Assembly: GCA_963731735.1 (NCBI GenBank)
Contig: CAVSWO010000002.1
Span: 334,106 to 398,105, forward strand
DNA: 64,000 nucleotides
Direction of reading: 5' to 3'
Source of the DNA: Candidatus Kerfeldbacteria bacterium
Lineage (GTDB): Bacteria > Patescibacteriota > Patescibacteriia > SBBC01 > CAIJZX01
Shown here: positions 48,272 through 58,967 of the stretch, in pieces
Layout: each line of letters starts with the position of its first letter
Numbering within the stretch: the first letter of the stretch is position 1
The notes under the pieces: model-generated
Databases searched by the model: none
What the model was told of the DNA's origin: nothing
The model's input: only the letters and a program-made list of their open reading frames with translations
Program-made: the position numbers and the translations under genes

Positions 48272-49927
48272 GTGAAATTTAGTATACTGAAGACCATGCA
48301 CACGCGCTGGGAAGGGGTTCAAGCATGGGTTCGGCAGGAATGGTGGTGGCTCTCGTACCTGCTGCTGTTCGCCGTGGTGTTTGTTGGGTTGCTGGGTCTC
48401 CAAGCGAGTCCAAAATTTGCCGATCCCGACTCGTTCTACCACGCCAAAATGGCCATCCTGATTCGTGATCAAGGGTTGATTAAGAATTTTCCATGGCTCG
48501 ACCTGACCGTGCTGGGCCAAGCCTACACCGATCAACACTTACTCTACCACGTGGCCCTAATACCGTTCGTGACCTGGCTGCCGCCGGTGATGGGGGTCAA
48601 ACTCGCGACGGTTTTTTTCGGAGCCAGCTTGGCGGTGGTAGTCTATTGGCTGATGCGTTCGTTTCAGGTTCGCTGGGCCTTCGGATTTGCTGTATTGCTA
48701 TTTCTAATCCGACCCTTTGATTTCCGGATTTCACTGGCCAAAGCCCCAAGCGTTTCATTAATGATCTTGTTGATTGGGCTGGGTTGGGCATTTCACTATC
48801 ATGTCAAACGCTTAGCGGTCCTGGCTTTCGTGTATGTCTGGACCTATGGAGGATTCTTGTTACTTTCCATCGGAACGATTGCGTACGCTATAGTTTCCGC
48901 CGTCAGCAACCGGCTCACCAAGCTTCAACCCCACCGCTGGGTCGGTAAAATTTTCGCCTTAGCGAGCCCACACGCACGGCTCGCGAAACCGCGGCACCTC
49001 AACACTTGGATAGTAGTGGCCGCGCTCGGCGGAACCCTGTTGGGCGTGGTGATCAATCCATATTTTCCGGCCAATCTTTCATTTTATCTCCAGCAGTTGA
49101 TAAACATTGGCGTCATAAATTTTCGAAATGTGATCGGCGTTGGCGGCGAATGGTATCCGTATGGTTTTGTGGAACTGATCGCCGACTCAGCCTTTGCCTC
49201 ACTGCTCTTACTGCTGGCCGGGGCGGCCGCGATTATACGCTGGCGACGCCCAAGTAAACAAACCATAACGCTTGGGCTGATGGCGCTCGGGTTCTTTATT
49301 TTAACGCTGAAATCCCGGCGCTATGTGGAATATTACGTGCCATTTGCGGTGCTCTTTAGCGCCTTTAGTCTGAATGATACTTTGGGCGGTTCGGCCGGTC
49401 GGGCTTGGACGCAAGAAGTTCGGCGTCTATTTTTACGCCCTCGTTGGTCGCGCTGGGTGTTTGGGATAACGATTGGAATTATTCTGTTCGGGGCGGGGTA
49501 TTTGGCGGCGCGTGACTACGCCGGCAATTGGCGCGACTTGCGCGGTGGCTTTACGGCTAATCAGGAACAGGCGGTTAGTCAGTGGTTAATCGATAATACC
49601 AACCCCGGTGACCGGGTTGTGCACTCCGACTGGGATGAATTTCCCCTGTTGTTTTATCACAACACGCATAACACCTATATTGTTGGCCTTGATCCGACCT
49701 TTCTCTACAAAGCCGACCAAGATCGCTATTGGGCCTGGGTCGACATCACGCTTGGAAAATATACTGGCGATGTGTATCAAGCCGTGACGCAGACGCTCGA
49801 TAGCAAATGGGTTTTAGTAACCGCCGATCATAGTGCCATGAACCGGTTGTTCAAGGACGATCGGCGCTTTCGCCTTCGATATCGGGACGACGAAGCCAGC
49901 GTCTATCAAGCCGTTGGACCCTCATGA
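48272..49927 (+). CDS. large polytopic membrane protein, possible GT-C-fold glycosyltransferase
   Basis: ~13 TM helices, DPDSFYH near N-terminus. Confidence 0.35.
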   Translation: MKFSILKTMHTRWEGVQAWVRQEWWWLSYLLLFAVVFVGLLGLQASPKFADPDSFYHAKMAILIRDQGLIKNFPWLDLTVLGQAYTDQHLLYHVALIPFVTWLPPVMGVKLATVFFGASLAVVVYWLMRSFQVRWAFGFAVLLFLIRPFDFRISLAKAPSVSLMILLIGLGWAFHYHVKRLAVLAFVYVWTYGGFLLLSIGTIAYAIVSAVSNRLTKLQPHRWVGKIFALASPHARLAKPRHLNTWIVVAALGGTLLGVVINPYFPANLSFYLQQLINIGVINFRNVIGVGGEWYPYGFVELIADSAFASLLLLLAGAAAIIRWRRPSKQTITLGLMALGFFILTLKSRRYVEYYVPFAVLFSAFSLNDTLGGSAGRAWTQEVRRLFLRPRWSRWVFGITIGIILFGAGYLAARDYAGNWRDLRGGFTANQEQAVSQWLIDNTNPGDRVVHSDWDEFPLLFYHNTHNTYIVGLDPTFLYKADQDRYWAWVDITLGKYTGDVYQAVTQTLDSKWVLVTADHSAMNRLFKDDRRFRLRYRDDEASVYQAVGPS

Positions 49928-51180
49928 TGCTAAACGCGGCGTTGTGGCTGATGGTCAGCCTGCTTGGCCCCCAGCTCATATCCAGCAGTTGGCTGTCACC
50001 GTATTTTACCAGTGGCAGCGGGACCTTGCTTATCTCGGTGTCTGCCCTGATCGGCGTTCTCGTCTTTTGGATACTGGCGGGCAGCCAACGTACAGATCGT
50101 GCTCGCCTCAACTTTATGGTGGTGGTTGTTTTTTCAGGGCTGATTATTGGCCTGGCCTTTATCCGGCAACTTGATCTGCGCGGACCCACCGGCCAACCGG
50201 TTGGGATTCACGATGGTGCGGTGCAAACCGAAGTCGCCGCCAGTTTTTTACTCGACGGCAAGAATCCGTACGCGGCTGATTATTCGAATACCAAGTACGC
50301 GATAATTAATCCGCCGATTCCCGGCGGTCCGGCCGTTAATGTCGTCTGGTCGCATTATATTTACCCGCCGTTGCCGTTTGTGCTCCAGGTTCCTTGGTCA
50401 GCCCTCGGTCGCTGGTTGCATTTTGTGGCTGATGCGCGGTGGTTAACCTTGGCGGCATTTGTGGTGACTGCCGGTATCCTGATCCAACCGGCCAAAGATT
50501 GGACCAAACGGACTACTGTCGCCATTCTGACTCTTGGCAACCCGTTGCTGTGGACCTTCGCGCTGGCCGGACAGAATGATTTTTATCCTGCTCTGGGCCT
50601 AGTCGGAGCGACGTTGGCCATACGCGCCAAGCGTTGGTGGTTGGCCGGCATCACTTTCGGTCTCGCACTGACTGCCAAACAAAGCGTCTGGATGCTTGTA
50701 CCGCTGGTAATTGTTTGGCTGTGGGCCCGCTACCGACGCCAAGCACTTGCCTGGAAACCAGTGCTTTGGGGGGCGGTAGCGAGCAGCCTGGCTATCATCG
50801 GCCCCTTCCTGCTTTGGGGCCCGACCCAGCTCTATGATGACATCATCCGATATGCCTCCGGGTCAATTCCTTTTTCCTATCCAATATCCGGTTCAACGCT
50901 GCTACAATATTTGCACGTGTCTGGGTTGCTAGCGTCGCCCTGGGCAATTGTTCCGACCGCCTGGTTTCAGCTGGCGGTCGGCGTCCCTCTTTTCTGGGTG
51001 CTGGGTAGGCGACTCTGGACCCAACCAACGGCCAGCCAATGGCTCCTAGCAGCTTCGATCTTAATGCTTGGGGTACTGCTGGTCAGCCGCTATGTAAATT
51101 TAAACTATTTTGTTACGCTGGAATTCCTGGTGCTGGCCGCCTGGATTCTTCAACCTCCCAACCCGCATGTTTCGACGTGA
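49924..51180 (+). CDS. polytopic membrane protein (paralog pair A, member 1), possible GT-C/DUF2029-like
   Basis: IHDGAVQTEVAASFLLDGKNPYAADYSNT shared with next gene. Confidence 0.35.
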   Translation: MMLNAALWLMVSLLGPQLISSSWLSPYFTSGSGTLLISVSALIGVLVFWILAGSQRTDRARLNFMVVVVFSGLIIGLAFIRQLDLRGPTGQPVGIHDGAVQTEVAASFLLDGKNPYAADYSNTKYAIINPPIPGGPAVNVVWSHYIYPPLPFVLQVPWSALGRWLHFVADARWLTLAAFVVTAGILIQPAKDWTKRTTVAILTLGNPLLWTFALAGQNDFYPALGLVGATLAIRAKRWWLAGITFGLALTAKQSVWMLVPLVIVWLWARYRRQALAWKPVLWGAVASSLAIIGPFLLWGPTQLYDDIIRYASGSIPFSYPISGSTLLQYLHVSGLLASPWAIVPTAWFQLAVGVPLFWVLGRRLWTQPTASQWLLAASILMLGVLLVSRYVNLNYFVTLEFLVLAAWILQPPNPHVST

Positions 51181-52447
51181 CGCAATTCTGCTCCTAATAT
51201 TCGGCTTGATCGGCAGCCGCCTGGCCTATGCGCCGGGGCTCGATTACTACCTGACCGGTGGGAGCCAAACATATTATTGGGGGCTGACGGCGCAGTGGTG
51301 GCTGACCGACATGGTCTCGATCGCTAGTTTTTTGTGGCTGACCTGGCTGGATCATCGAAGTCGGTCGTTGTATGAACGACATGCCACCAAAATCATCTGG
51401 GTCGCGAGTTTGCTTTTGATCGCGATCCCCTGGTTTCGTCACACGCTAATTCACCAACAGTCAGTTGAGGGATCATTGATGCATGACGGAACTCTCCAAA
51501 CTGAAGTCGCGGTGCGGGCACTGTGGCAAGGAAAAAATCCTTACCAACTCGATTATCAGGGCACCCTGTATGACTATGCCTTTAGTACCACCGCGCCAAT
51601 AGAGAATTCCGCGTTTACTCATTATGTCTATCCGCCAGCCTTAACCTACCTGGCTATGCCCGAGGTCTGGTTGAGCGACCTGAGTCATACTTGGCCGGAA
51701 CTGAATAGCCTGTATTTGGCGGCCCTGATTGTGACCGTCTTCCTCGTGACCCAAAGAATTTTGCCCGAACAAAAACGTTGGGTTATTCTCCTGGCCCTGG
51801 CCAATCCCCTGGTTACCTTGTATCCGCTTGCCGGCTACAATGATGTACTCGTGGTTAGCGCGCTGGCCCTGACCGCTCTCTTAGCGACGCGAAAACACTG
51901 GGGTTGGGCGGGGTGGTGGTATGCGCTGGCGCTGGGCCTGAAACAGGTCGCCTGGGTAACCGTACCGCTGTGGGCGATTGTCCAGTGGCGACGCTATCAG
52001 CAACACCCGGATGAGCGCCGGCAACTCCGCCGGGGTTGGTGGATCACACTCGGCGTCAGCGCCGCTCTCTATCTTCCATTTTTGATGTGGGACGCACGAT
52101 CATTGATTGATGACCTAATAATTTTCCCTTCCGGTAACCTGATTGGTTCCTATCCAATCGCGGGCAGCACCCTCTGGCAACTGAAAACTTTTTGGCAGGG
52201 AAGGACGCATGTTTGGGACGCCATCCCCTCCAGTTTAACAGCCGGTATCGCGCTGATCGCTTCGCTCGGATTTTTCGGCCGGCGCCTGTGGCGATCAAGC
52301 AGCGTGGTGCGCTGGTTCGGATTTTCAACCCTGACAATATTGTTTACCGGATTAACCCATCGATTTTTTCACGATAATTATTTATCGGTTTTGGTACTGA
52401 TGGGTATTTTGGCGTATGCGCTGGCTCTTCAACCTGAACAATCGTAG
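51167..52447 (+). CDS. polytopic membrane protein (paralog pair A, member 2)
   Basis: MHDGTLQTEVAVRALWQGKNPYQLDYQGT. Confidence 0.35.
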   Translation: MFRRDAILLLIFGLIGSRLAYAPGLDYYLTGGSQTYYWGLTAQWWLTDMVSIASFLWLTWLDHRSRSLYERHATKIIWVASLLLIAIPWFRHTLIHQQSVEGSLMHDGTLQTEVAVRALWQGKNPYQLDYQGTLYDYAFSTTAPIENSAFTHYVYPPALTYLAMPEVWLSDLSHTWPELNSLYLAALIVTVFLVTQRILPEQKRWVILLALANPLVTLYPLAGYNDVLVVSALALTALLATRKHWGWAGWWYALALGLKQVAWVTVPLWAIVQWRRYQQHPDERRQLRRGWWITLGVSAALYLPFLMWDARSLIDDLIIFPSGNLIGSYPIAGSTLWQLKTFWQGRTHVWDAIPSSLTAGIALIASLGFFGRRLWRSSSVVRWFGFSTLTILFTGLTHRFFHDNYLSVLVLMGILAYALALQPEQS

Positions 52448-54026
52448 ATTTTTCTGGCTGATCACCGGTCTGGCGATCCTCTTGTCGATCGGTCCGTGGT
52501 TGATCGGTTGGTCAATGCGCCCCGCCGGGTATGAATTTTTTGGCAACTCGGCTGTCAATCCCTGGGACCCGGCGGTCTACTATGGCTATATTGAACAAGG
52601 CCGGACGGGCGGAGTGTTCATGCACGATATCCTGACCAGTGAACCGTACGCGGCGACCCTATTTCAGCCCCTGTGGTGGTTACTAGGACGGCTGGCGGCC
52701 TGGGTACATTTGGCTACCCCCACCATCTTCGCCCTGGCCCGAACCGCGCTCGTCCCGCTGCTCGCGGGGGCGCTCTGGTGGGGCGCGCGGTGGGTATTTT
52801 CTGAACCGCGGCAGCAACGTTGGGCCTTCGGCCTGAGCCTGTTTTTGGGTGGCCTCGGGCCACTGGTGGCCCTGCTGGCCGGACGCGTTGAATTTACGCT
52901 CTCGCCTGACCTTTGGGTAACTGAAGCATTGCCGGTCTTGACGCTCATTAGCTCACCGCACTTTTTGATCGTTACAAGCGGCATTATTTTTACCCTGATT
53001 GGGATCGAACGGGCATATGCAAGCAATCAGTGGCGCTGGGTGGGCTGGGCCGGACTGGCCGCTTTGGTGACCCTAGCCATTCATCCCTTCCACGTGATTA
53101 CCTGGGTGCTGATCTGGGCGCTATTGACCACCTGGCGCGCATTCCAACGTGACCAGCATCCCTGGCGATACTTATTGATGTGGGTTAGCGTGTTAGCCAT
53201 TGCCAGCCCAGCCCTGGCCCTCTACGGTCTCCAGGCGATGTTTGACCCGCTCGTTATTGACCGGGCCATCCAAAACGTCAATTTGACCTGGCCACCCCTG
53301 CAAACATTCACGCTGCTAGGATTAGCGCTGCCTTTGATAGTGTTTGGGTGGACCCAGCGTCCGCGGAATGCGCGCTGGCAAAGCGTGCTGATTATGGCGG
53401 CTGCCTATGTAATTGCCATAGCGCTTCCAATATATTTTCAGCGCCGCCTAAGCCACGGGATGATGATCTTTTTTGCCTGGCTGGCGGTGCCGGGGGCAAT
53501 TCGGTTGGCTGATATTCTGAAACGCCAAGCCACCCCACTTCGTTGGGTTGGCGCCACCATCGCAATCTTTCTCGGACTATGGTCCTGGCTCTGGGTATCC
53601 GGGGTAAACATCAGTGCCTACGCCTACGATAAAACCATTGCGCCGGTACGGCAGTCTTACCTCTCACCTGAGTATCAGGCGCTATTGAGTACCATCAAAC
53701 AGTTCGACCATCGTTCGCAACCGCTGCTGGCGTCACTGACCGACAGCAAAGTTATTTCCGGCCTGACCGCACAAACCGTCTATGTTGCTCAAGCGGTTGA
53801 GACGGTTGACTATAGCCGGAAAGCACAACAGCTGGCGGACTTTTTTACGACTGCCAGTAAATCCACGCAACTCGCATTTGTTCAAAGGCACCATATTTGT
53901 CTGATACTCTATGGTCCACGTGAACAAACCTATGGTTCAACCTTTCAGCCCGCCACTTGGACAACCCTAACCCCGATTTGGCAGACGGATCAACGTACGC
54001 TTTATCGAACCGATCAATGTCAGTAA
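52416..54026 (+). CDS. polytopic membrane protein (paralog pair B, member 1)
   Basis: AVYYGYIEQGRTGG...FQPLWWLLG. Confidence 0.35.
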   Translation: MRWLFNLNNRRFFWLITGLAILLSIGPWLIGWSMRPAGYEFFGNSAVNPWDPAVYYGYIEQGRTGGVFMHDILTSEPYAATLFQPLWWLLGRLAAWVHLATPTIFALARTALVPLLAGALWWGARWVFSEPRQQRWAFGLSLFLGGLGPLVALLAGRVEFTLSPDLWVTEALPVLTLISSPHFLIVTSGIIFTLIGIERAYASNQWRWVGWAGLAALVTLAIHPFHVITWVLIWALLTTWRAFQRDQHPWRYLLMWVSVLAIASPALALYGLQAMFDPLVIDRAIQNVNLTWPPLQTFTLLGLALPLIVFGWTQRPRNARWQSVLIMAAAYVIAIALPIYFQRRLSHGMMIFFAWLAVPGAIRLADILKRQATPLRWVGATIAIFLGLWSWLWVSGVNISAYAYDKTIAPVRQSYLSPEYQALLSTIKQFDHRSQPLLASLTDSKVISGLTAQTVYVAQAVETVDYSRKAQQLADFFTTASKSTQLAFVQRHHICLILYGPREQTYGSTFQPATWTTLTPIWQTDQRTLYRTDQCQ

Positions 54027-55624
54027 CCAAAAAAATTTGGAGCATCATCGGTTTAGCGACCGGACTTTGGATACTTTCCGGCCTGCCGATATTGGTTGGC
54101 GCAATCACGACCGGGCCGAGTGAAGTTTTTGTCGGTCGCGTACCGGCGACCGCCGCCGATACTACCGCCTACTACTCAATGATTGAACAGGCCAAGCAGG
54201 GTCGGATTCTTTTTTCCAATCAGTTTACTAGCCTGACGCAGCACCCAACCATGTTTCACCCGCTGTGGTTGGTGACAGGATGGATCGCCTTTCTGCTGAA
54301 CCTCTCACCCGTTTGGGCTTACCAACTCGTACGTTGGCTGGCGGTAATCGGGTTTTTGGCTCTGCTATGGCGAATTCTTGAAGAAATTTTTTCCGAACGA
54401 CGGTGGCAATGGATTAGCCTACTGATGATTACCCTCAGCGGCGGGTTTGGCTGGCTGACCCAGGCGGATTTTCGGCGGTACGTTGATTTGAGCACCACGC
54501 CGGCAGACCTGTGGGTTGCCGAAAGCACCACCTTTCAATCCATCGGTCACTCGGCCCTCTTCATTGGATCACAAACACTGGTACTTTTTTTGATCTGGCA
54601 ATTGGCGAGCTGGTTACAAGGGCAAACCCGAGCCGGTTGGCGGTGGACGGGGCCGACCATCCTGCTGTTGGGCCTTATTCATCCGTATGATCTTGTCACC
54701 GTCGCGGCGGTAGCATTCGGATGGACCGGCTGGACGTATTTGCGGAGTGGTAAACCAAGCCGGCCGATTGGACAAGTCCTGCGCGCCGGACTCGGCTGGA
54801 TCGGGTGGGTGATCCCAGTTATCGTGTATTATCGATGGTGGGTCTTATCGGAACCGGCCATGGCTGGTTGGTTGGCACAGAACCTTGATTATACCAGCGC
54901 TCCCTACCTGACACTTCTTGGTTTCGGCCTGCTTGTTCCGCTAGCTACTTACGGCGCCATCCGATCATTGCGAGAGCGTCAAACGTTTCTGCATGCCTGT
55001 CTGGCTTGGGCGGTGATTGGCCTGCTGCTCATTTATGCGCCGCTATCGGTCCAGCGTCGCTTGCTCAACGGCCTGCAAATACCGTTCGCGCTGCTGGCAG
55101 CCTATGGGTTTTCCATGGCCTGGAAGCGTTGGAAAGAATGGCCACTGGTACGCAACGTGGCCGCCATTTGCTTAGCGACCGGACTGGTACTATCTCCGTT
55201 GGTGCTCCTGGGAGTTGATATTCGCTACGTTCTGCCCGGTGCGCGTCCCCCGTATCCGGTTCGCATTACTCGTGACACCTACGGCGCCTTTCAGTACATT
55301 CGCCAGCACAGTACTTTAACACAGGCTACCTGGGCTGAGTCCTGGGTAAGTAATAGTTTGACTGGTCTCGAGGGCCGAACTGTTGTTCAAGGCCACGCCC
55401 ATCAGACCATCGATTTTCAACAGCGTTTGCGGGACTGGCTAGTCTTTCGAACGCAGCTACTTAACCCGGATGAGCGCACCGCCATCCTGGATCGTCTAAA
55501 CGTCAAATTTTTACTCTGGCGCCCCCAAGATGCACTCCCAAACGGCTATCGTCCAAGCCAAGATCCGCGCTGGGTGACCCGCTATCAACGCGGTTCAGTT
55601 ACGCTGTTCGAGCGAATCAAGTGA
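54017..55624 (+). CDS. polytopic membrane protein (paralog pair B, member 2)
   Basis: TAYYSMIEQAKQGR...FHPLWLVTG. Confidence 0.35.
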   Translation: MSVTKKIWSIIGLATGLWILSGLPILVGAITTGPSEVFVGRVPATAADTTAYYSMIEQAKQGRILFSNQFTSLTQHPTMFHPLWLVTGWIAFLLNLSPVWAYQLVRWLAVIGFLALLWRILEEIFSERRWQWISLLMITLSGGFGWLTQADFRRYVDLSTTPADLWVAESTTFQSIGHSALFIGSQTLVLFLIWQLASWLQGQTRAGWRWTGPTILLLGLIHPYDLVTVAAVAFGWTGWTYLRSGKPSRPIGQVLRAGLGWIGWVIPVIVYYRWWVLSEPAMAGWLAQNLDYTSAPYLTLLGFGLLVPLATYGAIRSLRERQTFLHACLAWAVIGLLLIYAPLSVQRRLLNGLQIPFALLAAYGFSMAWKRWKEWPLVRNVAAICLATGLVLSPLVLLGVDIRYVLPGARPPYPVRITRDTYGAFQYIRQHSTLTQATWAESWVSNSLTGLEGRTVVQGHAHQTIDFQQRLRDWLVFRTQLLNPDERTAILDRLNVKFLLWRPQDALPNGYRPSQDPRWVTRYQRGSVTLFERIK

Positions 55625-57541
55625 AATGGCCGGCAATGTCTGCAGCACTTCGCGCTTGGTAAACTCGGGCGCGAACGTACGGAGCCGATTCAATTTAAGG
55701 TGGCCCACAAAGCGTACCAATGAAATTTTCAGACTGCCCGGGAGAGCGGTGTTAGGGATCGCTAGACGGTAAGTTGTTTGCCACTGTTCACCCGGTTTCC
55801 AGGTAAAACTTGGATTCCAGCCCTGACCGAGCAGCCGGGTGCTTTGCCATCGCGTCCGTCCGGACCGCTGCACGCTAAAGCGCAAAGCCAGCGGTTGATC
55901 AACTTGTTTCCCGGCTAGCCACTCTAACGGAACTTGATACTCCGTAAACCCATCGGGAACGGCAGTCTCAGCAACTGGCTGGACGGCCGTCGTGGCTGAC
56001 GTAACTGCTTCGGTAATTTTTGGAATCGCCCCTCCCGCCGACCCAAAAGATTGCGTGGGGACAAATGTATTTGATCCATTCCGGGTGTAAATTGCCACGC
56101 TATCTATCCAGGTTTGCAAATGCAACCCCTGGTCGGTCAAAAGCCGTGCGATTCGTTCCGACCCATCATATCCCTGGAAATCTGTTTCGCGATAGAGGAG
56201 TTGGTAGTGATAATATTGTTGCCAATCAATCACCGCCGCGTCAATATCGGTCGGCAAAACATACGGAGTGTCGGAGTATTGTCGCTTCCCAAGGTACACA
56301 TAATTAAGTGAATACAAGGTGGTTCGGTTGGCGAAGGTTGGCAGGTAATTAAAAGTCGTCAACACACGATCACTCGGTTGGATCATGGTTGCAACCTGCC
56401 GCAAAATTTTTGGGGCGGTAAACCCGCTATCTCCAACATTCGTCCACGGCCAGACCAGCGGTCCAAACGTAAAGTACGTATACAGCGGACCGACGATCGC
56501 CAAGGCCACTACCCCAACTCGCACCATCGATTGATCAAACAGCATCCAACCCGAATGTTGCCGGAGTCGCTTGATACCGTAAATCGTGGCCCAAGTTAAA
56601 AAGGGCAGGTACGGGATAACATAGTGCAGGCGTAAGATGGATTGCGCGTCCGCGCCAATGAGCATTAATTGCAGGTAGAGCAAGCTGACGGGTACCAAAT
56701 AGCGCCAGGCCGCCAAGGGCAACAACCCAAATCCGATCAAAAATCCGAAGGTCGTGACCCAGTTATTGGGGTGCAACAGGTGCTGCAAAAATACCAGCGG
56801 CCGCCGAAAAGGTGAGAGCAGGATCTCCGGCAGCGAGTGCCCCATCCAGCCATAAAAAGCCAAATATTTGTAGGCTCCCAAGGGCTGGGCCTGGCTAATG
56901 ACATATTGGGCCAGCCAGAAGTAAGCGACAGCCAGGATTGCCGGGACCGCCCACCAACGCCAGGTACGCTTTTGGATCAGGGCCAAACCGGCCCAACCTG
57001 CCAAGAGCAGCGGCATATCTTCCCGCACCAACAGAATGGCGATCAGGCTGGCAATCCACCATCCCCAGCGATGCATTTCGTAAGCCACAATGCTCCACAG
57101 TAAAAGTGGCAAAGCAAAGGCCAGGCCATGAAACTCGTACAGCGCGACATTATAAAATAATGGGTGAGCCAGAAAAACACTCGCCGCGAGCAAACCCACC
57201 CGGGTTGAGAAATGCCGTCGAAATAGGAGCATCACCGGAATGGCCGCACTGACCAACACCAAGGTTTGCGTCCATAAGATCAACAGGCTGCTCGACCACA
57301 GGCGATACAATCCCGCAAGCGGAAGTAGCCACAATTCTAGATGATCTCCTAAGTACGTTGGATCATGAATGGAATTTGCAAAGCCGTGGCCGTGGCCAAG
57401 TGACCACAAGGTTTGTTGATAGATGCCTAAATCCAGGCCATTATAACCAAAGGCCTGAAACTTCCACCACTGCAGGGCGCCAAGGACGATTGCCGTGAGT
57501 GTCATCAGGCCGCTGAGCCACCACCAATACTTCCGTTGCAT
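55595..57541 (-). CDS. DUF2079-family integral membrane protein
   Basis: FGYNGLDLGIYQQTLWSLGHGHG motif; ATG at 57541 with AGGATGG SD. Confidence 0.5.
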   Translation of the reverse strand: MQRKYWWWLSGLMTLTAIVLGALQWWKFQAFGYNGLDLGIYQQTLWSLGHGHGFANSIHDPTYLGDHLELWLLPLAGLYRLWSSSLLILWTQTLVLVSAAIPVMLLFRRHFSTRVGLLAASVFLAHPLFYNVALYEFHGLAFALPLLLWSIVAYEMHRWGWWIASLIAILLVREDMPLLLAGWAGLALIQKRTWRWWAVPAILAVAYFWLAQYVISQAQPLGAYKYLAFYGWMGHSLPEILLSPFRRPLVFLQHLLHPNNWVTTFGFLIGFGLLPLAAWRYLVPVSLLYLQLMLIGADAQSILRLHYVIPYLPFLTWATIYGIKRLRQHSGWMLFDQSMVRVGVVALAIVGPLYTYFTFGPLVWPWTNVGDSGFTAPKILRQVATMIQPSDRVLTTFNYLPTFANRTTLYSLNYVYLGKRQYSDTPYVLPTDIDAAVIDWQQYYHYQLLYRETDFQGYDGSERIARLLTDQGLHLQTWIDSVAIYTRNGSNTFVPTQSFGSAGGAIPKITEAVTSATTAVQPVAETAVPDGFTEYQVPLEWLAGKQVDQPLALRFSVQRSGRTRWQSTRLLGQGWNPSFTWKPGEQWQTTYRLAIPNTALPGSLKISLVRFVGHLKLNRLRTFAPEFTKREVLQTLPAISLDSLEQRN

Positions 57542-57584
57542 ATGCAACCATCCTAGCGAATTTCTCAATTCTGCGCTAATAACC

Positions 57585-57610
57585 AAACCCGCCGCAGAGG
57601 CGGCGGGTTT
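57585..57610 (-). terminator. rho-independent terminator after pilin gene 57639..58013 (CCCGCCGC-AGAG-GCGGCGGG + U tract)
   Basis: perfect 8-bp GC stem flanked by A/T runs. Confidence 0.55.
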
Positions 57611-57638
57611 GAGAAATCGTAATTCAGGAAATCGTCGA

Positions 57639-58013
57639 CTAGGTCTGCGTGACGTTCGCCGTGGTGTTGGCCACGAAGATAACGACCGCCCAAGCCAGTA
57701 AGACGATAATCAAACCGATAACTGCAGCTGAAATAATCTTCTTGGCCTTATCAACTTTTTCTTCATTCCCACCAGCTGTCAGCCAGGTAAAGCCACCGAT
57801 GATGACCATAATGACCGCAATCAGGGCCAGTAAGCCAAGCACGAGCTGCAGAATGTTAATCACGGTTGTCTTCAGGTCGGCATCACCAAGACCGATTTGC
57901 GATCCAACAGATTCAACACTGAAGGTCGAAGCCGTCTGAGCATGAACCAACGCCGGCATCGCCATCGTGGCGATTGAACCCGCGAGTAACGCGTATTTCG
58001 TAAAGCGCTTCAT
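57639..58013 (-). CDS. TrbC/VirB2-like pilin-family protein
   Basis: Signal peptide ...ALVHA|QTASTF, helix-loop(GGNEEKVDKAKK)-helix, C-terminal VANTTANVTQT. Confidence 0.5.
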   Translation of the reverse strand: MKRFTKYALLAGSIATMAMPALVHAQTASTFSVESVGSQIGLGDADLKTTVINILQLVLGLLALIAVIMVIIGGFTWLTAGGNEEKVDKAKKIISAAVIGLIIVLLAWAVVIFVANTTANVTQT

Positions 58014-58058
58014 TGTATTTTCACCCCCTTTCGTGAACTGAAGATAGAAAAACGTAAT

Positions 58059-58442
58059 TTACGGAGTTGTCTGCGTGACGTTCGCCGTGGTGTTGGCCAC
58101 GAAGATGACGATTGCCCAGGCGAGCAAAATCACGATCAAGCCGATAACGGCCGCCGAGATAATTCGCTTCGCTTGTTCGACTCGGTCTTCATTTCCACCA
58201 GCCGTCAACCAGACAAATCCGGCGTAAATGATGAACACGACCGCAATCAGGGTCATGAAACCCAGAATCCACTGGATAATGTTAATCACGGTTGTCTTCA
58301 GGTCGGCATTGCCAAGACCGATCTGCTCACCAACAGATTCAACGCTAAAGGTTGAAGCTGTTTGTGCATGGACAGCCAGCGGAGCGGCCGCCATCGCAAA
58401 CACGCCCATTCCCATGGCGAGTGCTGTTAAACGTTTCTTCAT
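58059..58442 (-). CDS. TrbC/VirB2-like pilin-family protein (tandem paralog)
   Basis: Same architecture; 37-nt identical stretch with neighbouring gene at C-terminal coding end. Confidence 0.5.
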   Translation of the reverse strand: MKKRLTALAMGMGVFAMAAAPLAVHAQTASTFSVESVGEQIGLGNADLKTTVINIIQWILGFMTLIAVVFIIYAGFVWLTAGGNEDRVEQAKRIISAAVIGLIVILLAWAIVIFVANTTANVTQTTP

Positions 58443-58529
58443 ACGAAAGTTTCCTTTCCGAAGTGTTATTTGTAAAAATATTTTCCTTCTTTTTTCTCCT
58501 CAATCTCCTCGAATGAACAACCTGCTTGG

Positions 58530-58557
58530 ATTATACAAGAATCCCGTCAAAAGTCAA
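58530..58557 (-). promoter_or_regulatory. strong sigma70-like promoter TTGACT-N16-TGnTATAAT driving the tandem pilin genes
   Basis: revcomp AGTCAA at 58552-58557, ATTATA at 58530-58535 with extended -10 TG. Confidence 0.5.
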
Positions 58558-58606
58558 CGCGAGTTATCCTCACGTCGATTAATTTTGCCTAAAAACAGCC
58601 GAAAAC

Positions 58607-58954
58607 CTACCGTTGAAGCAGCCCCTCAAGGACAAATCGGATGATTCCCCAGCTAAGCAGGATGACTACCACGCCAATCGCGGCCCAGGCTAAGGTCTCT
58701 TTTGCCTGTTTGACCCGTTGGCTATTTCCCCCCGAAGTTAACATCATGACCCCGCCCCAGATAAACATCAGCGTCGCCAAAATAGCAATCACGCCCAAAA
58801 TATACCGAACTACCTGGCCAATTAAACAGGTGGCGGTATTACAGGCGATTGGATTAGTGATTTGGACGGCAGCCTGGACCGCGGGCGCGGCGGCCAGGAT
58901 CGTTATCGCGAGTAGCCCACCCGCCCATAAACTTCGAGACTTATGCATGGTCAT
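58607..58954 (-). CDS. TrbC/VirB2-like pilin-family protein (divergent paralog)
   Basis: MTMHKSRSLWAGGLLAITILAAAPAVQA signal, ...MMLTSGGNSQRVKQAKE... loop. Confidence 0.45.
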   Translation of the reverse strand: MTMHKSRSLWAGGLLAITILAAAPAVQAAVQITNPIACNTATCLIGQVVRYILGVIAILATLMFIWGGVMMLTSGGNSQRVKQAKETLAWAAIGVVVILLSWGIIRFVLEGLLQR

Positions 58955-58967
58955 AGTATACCACGAC

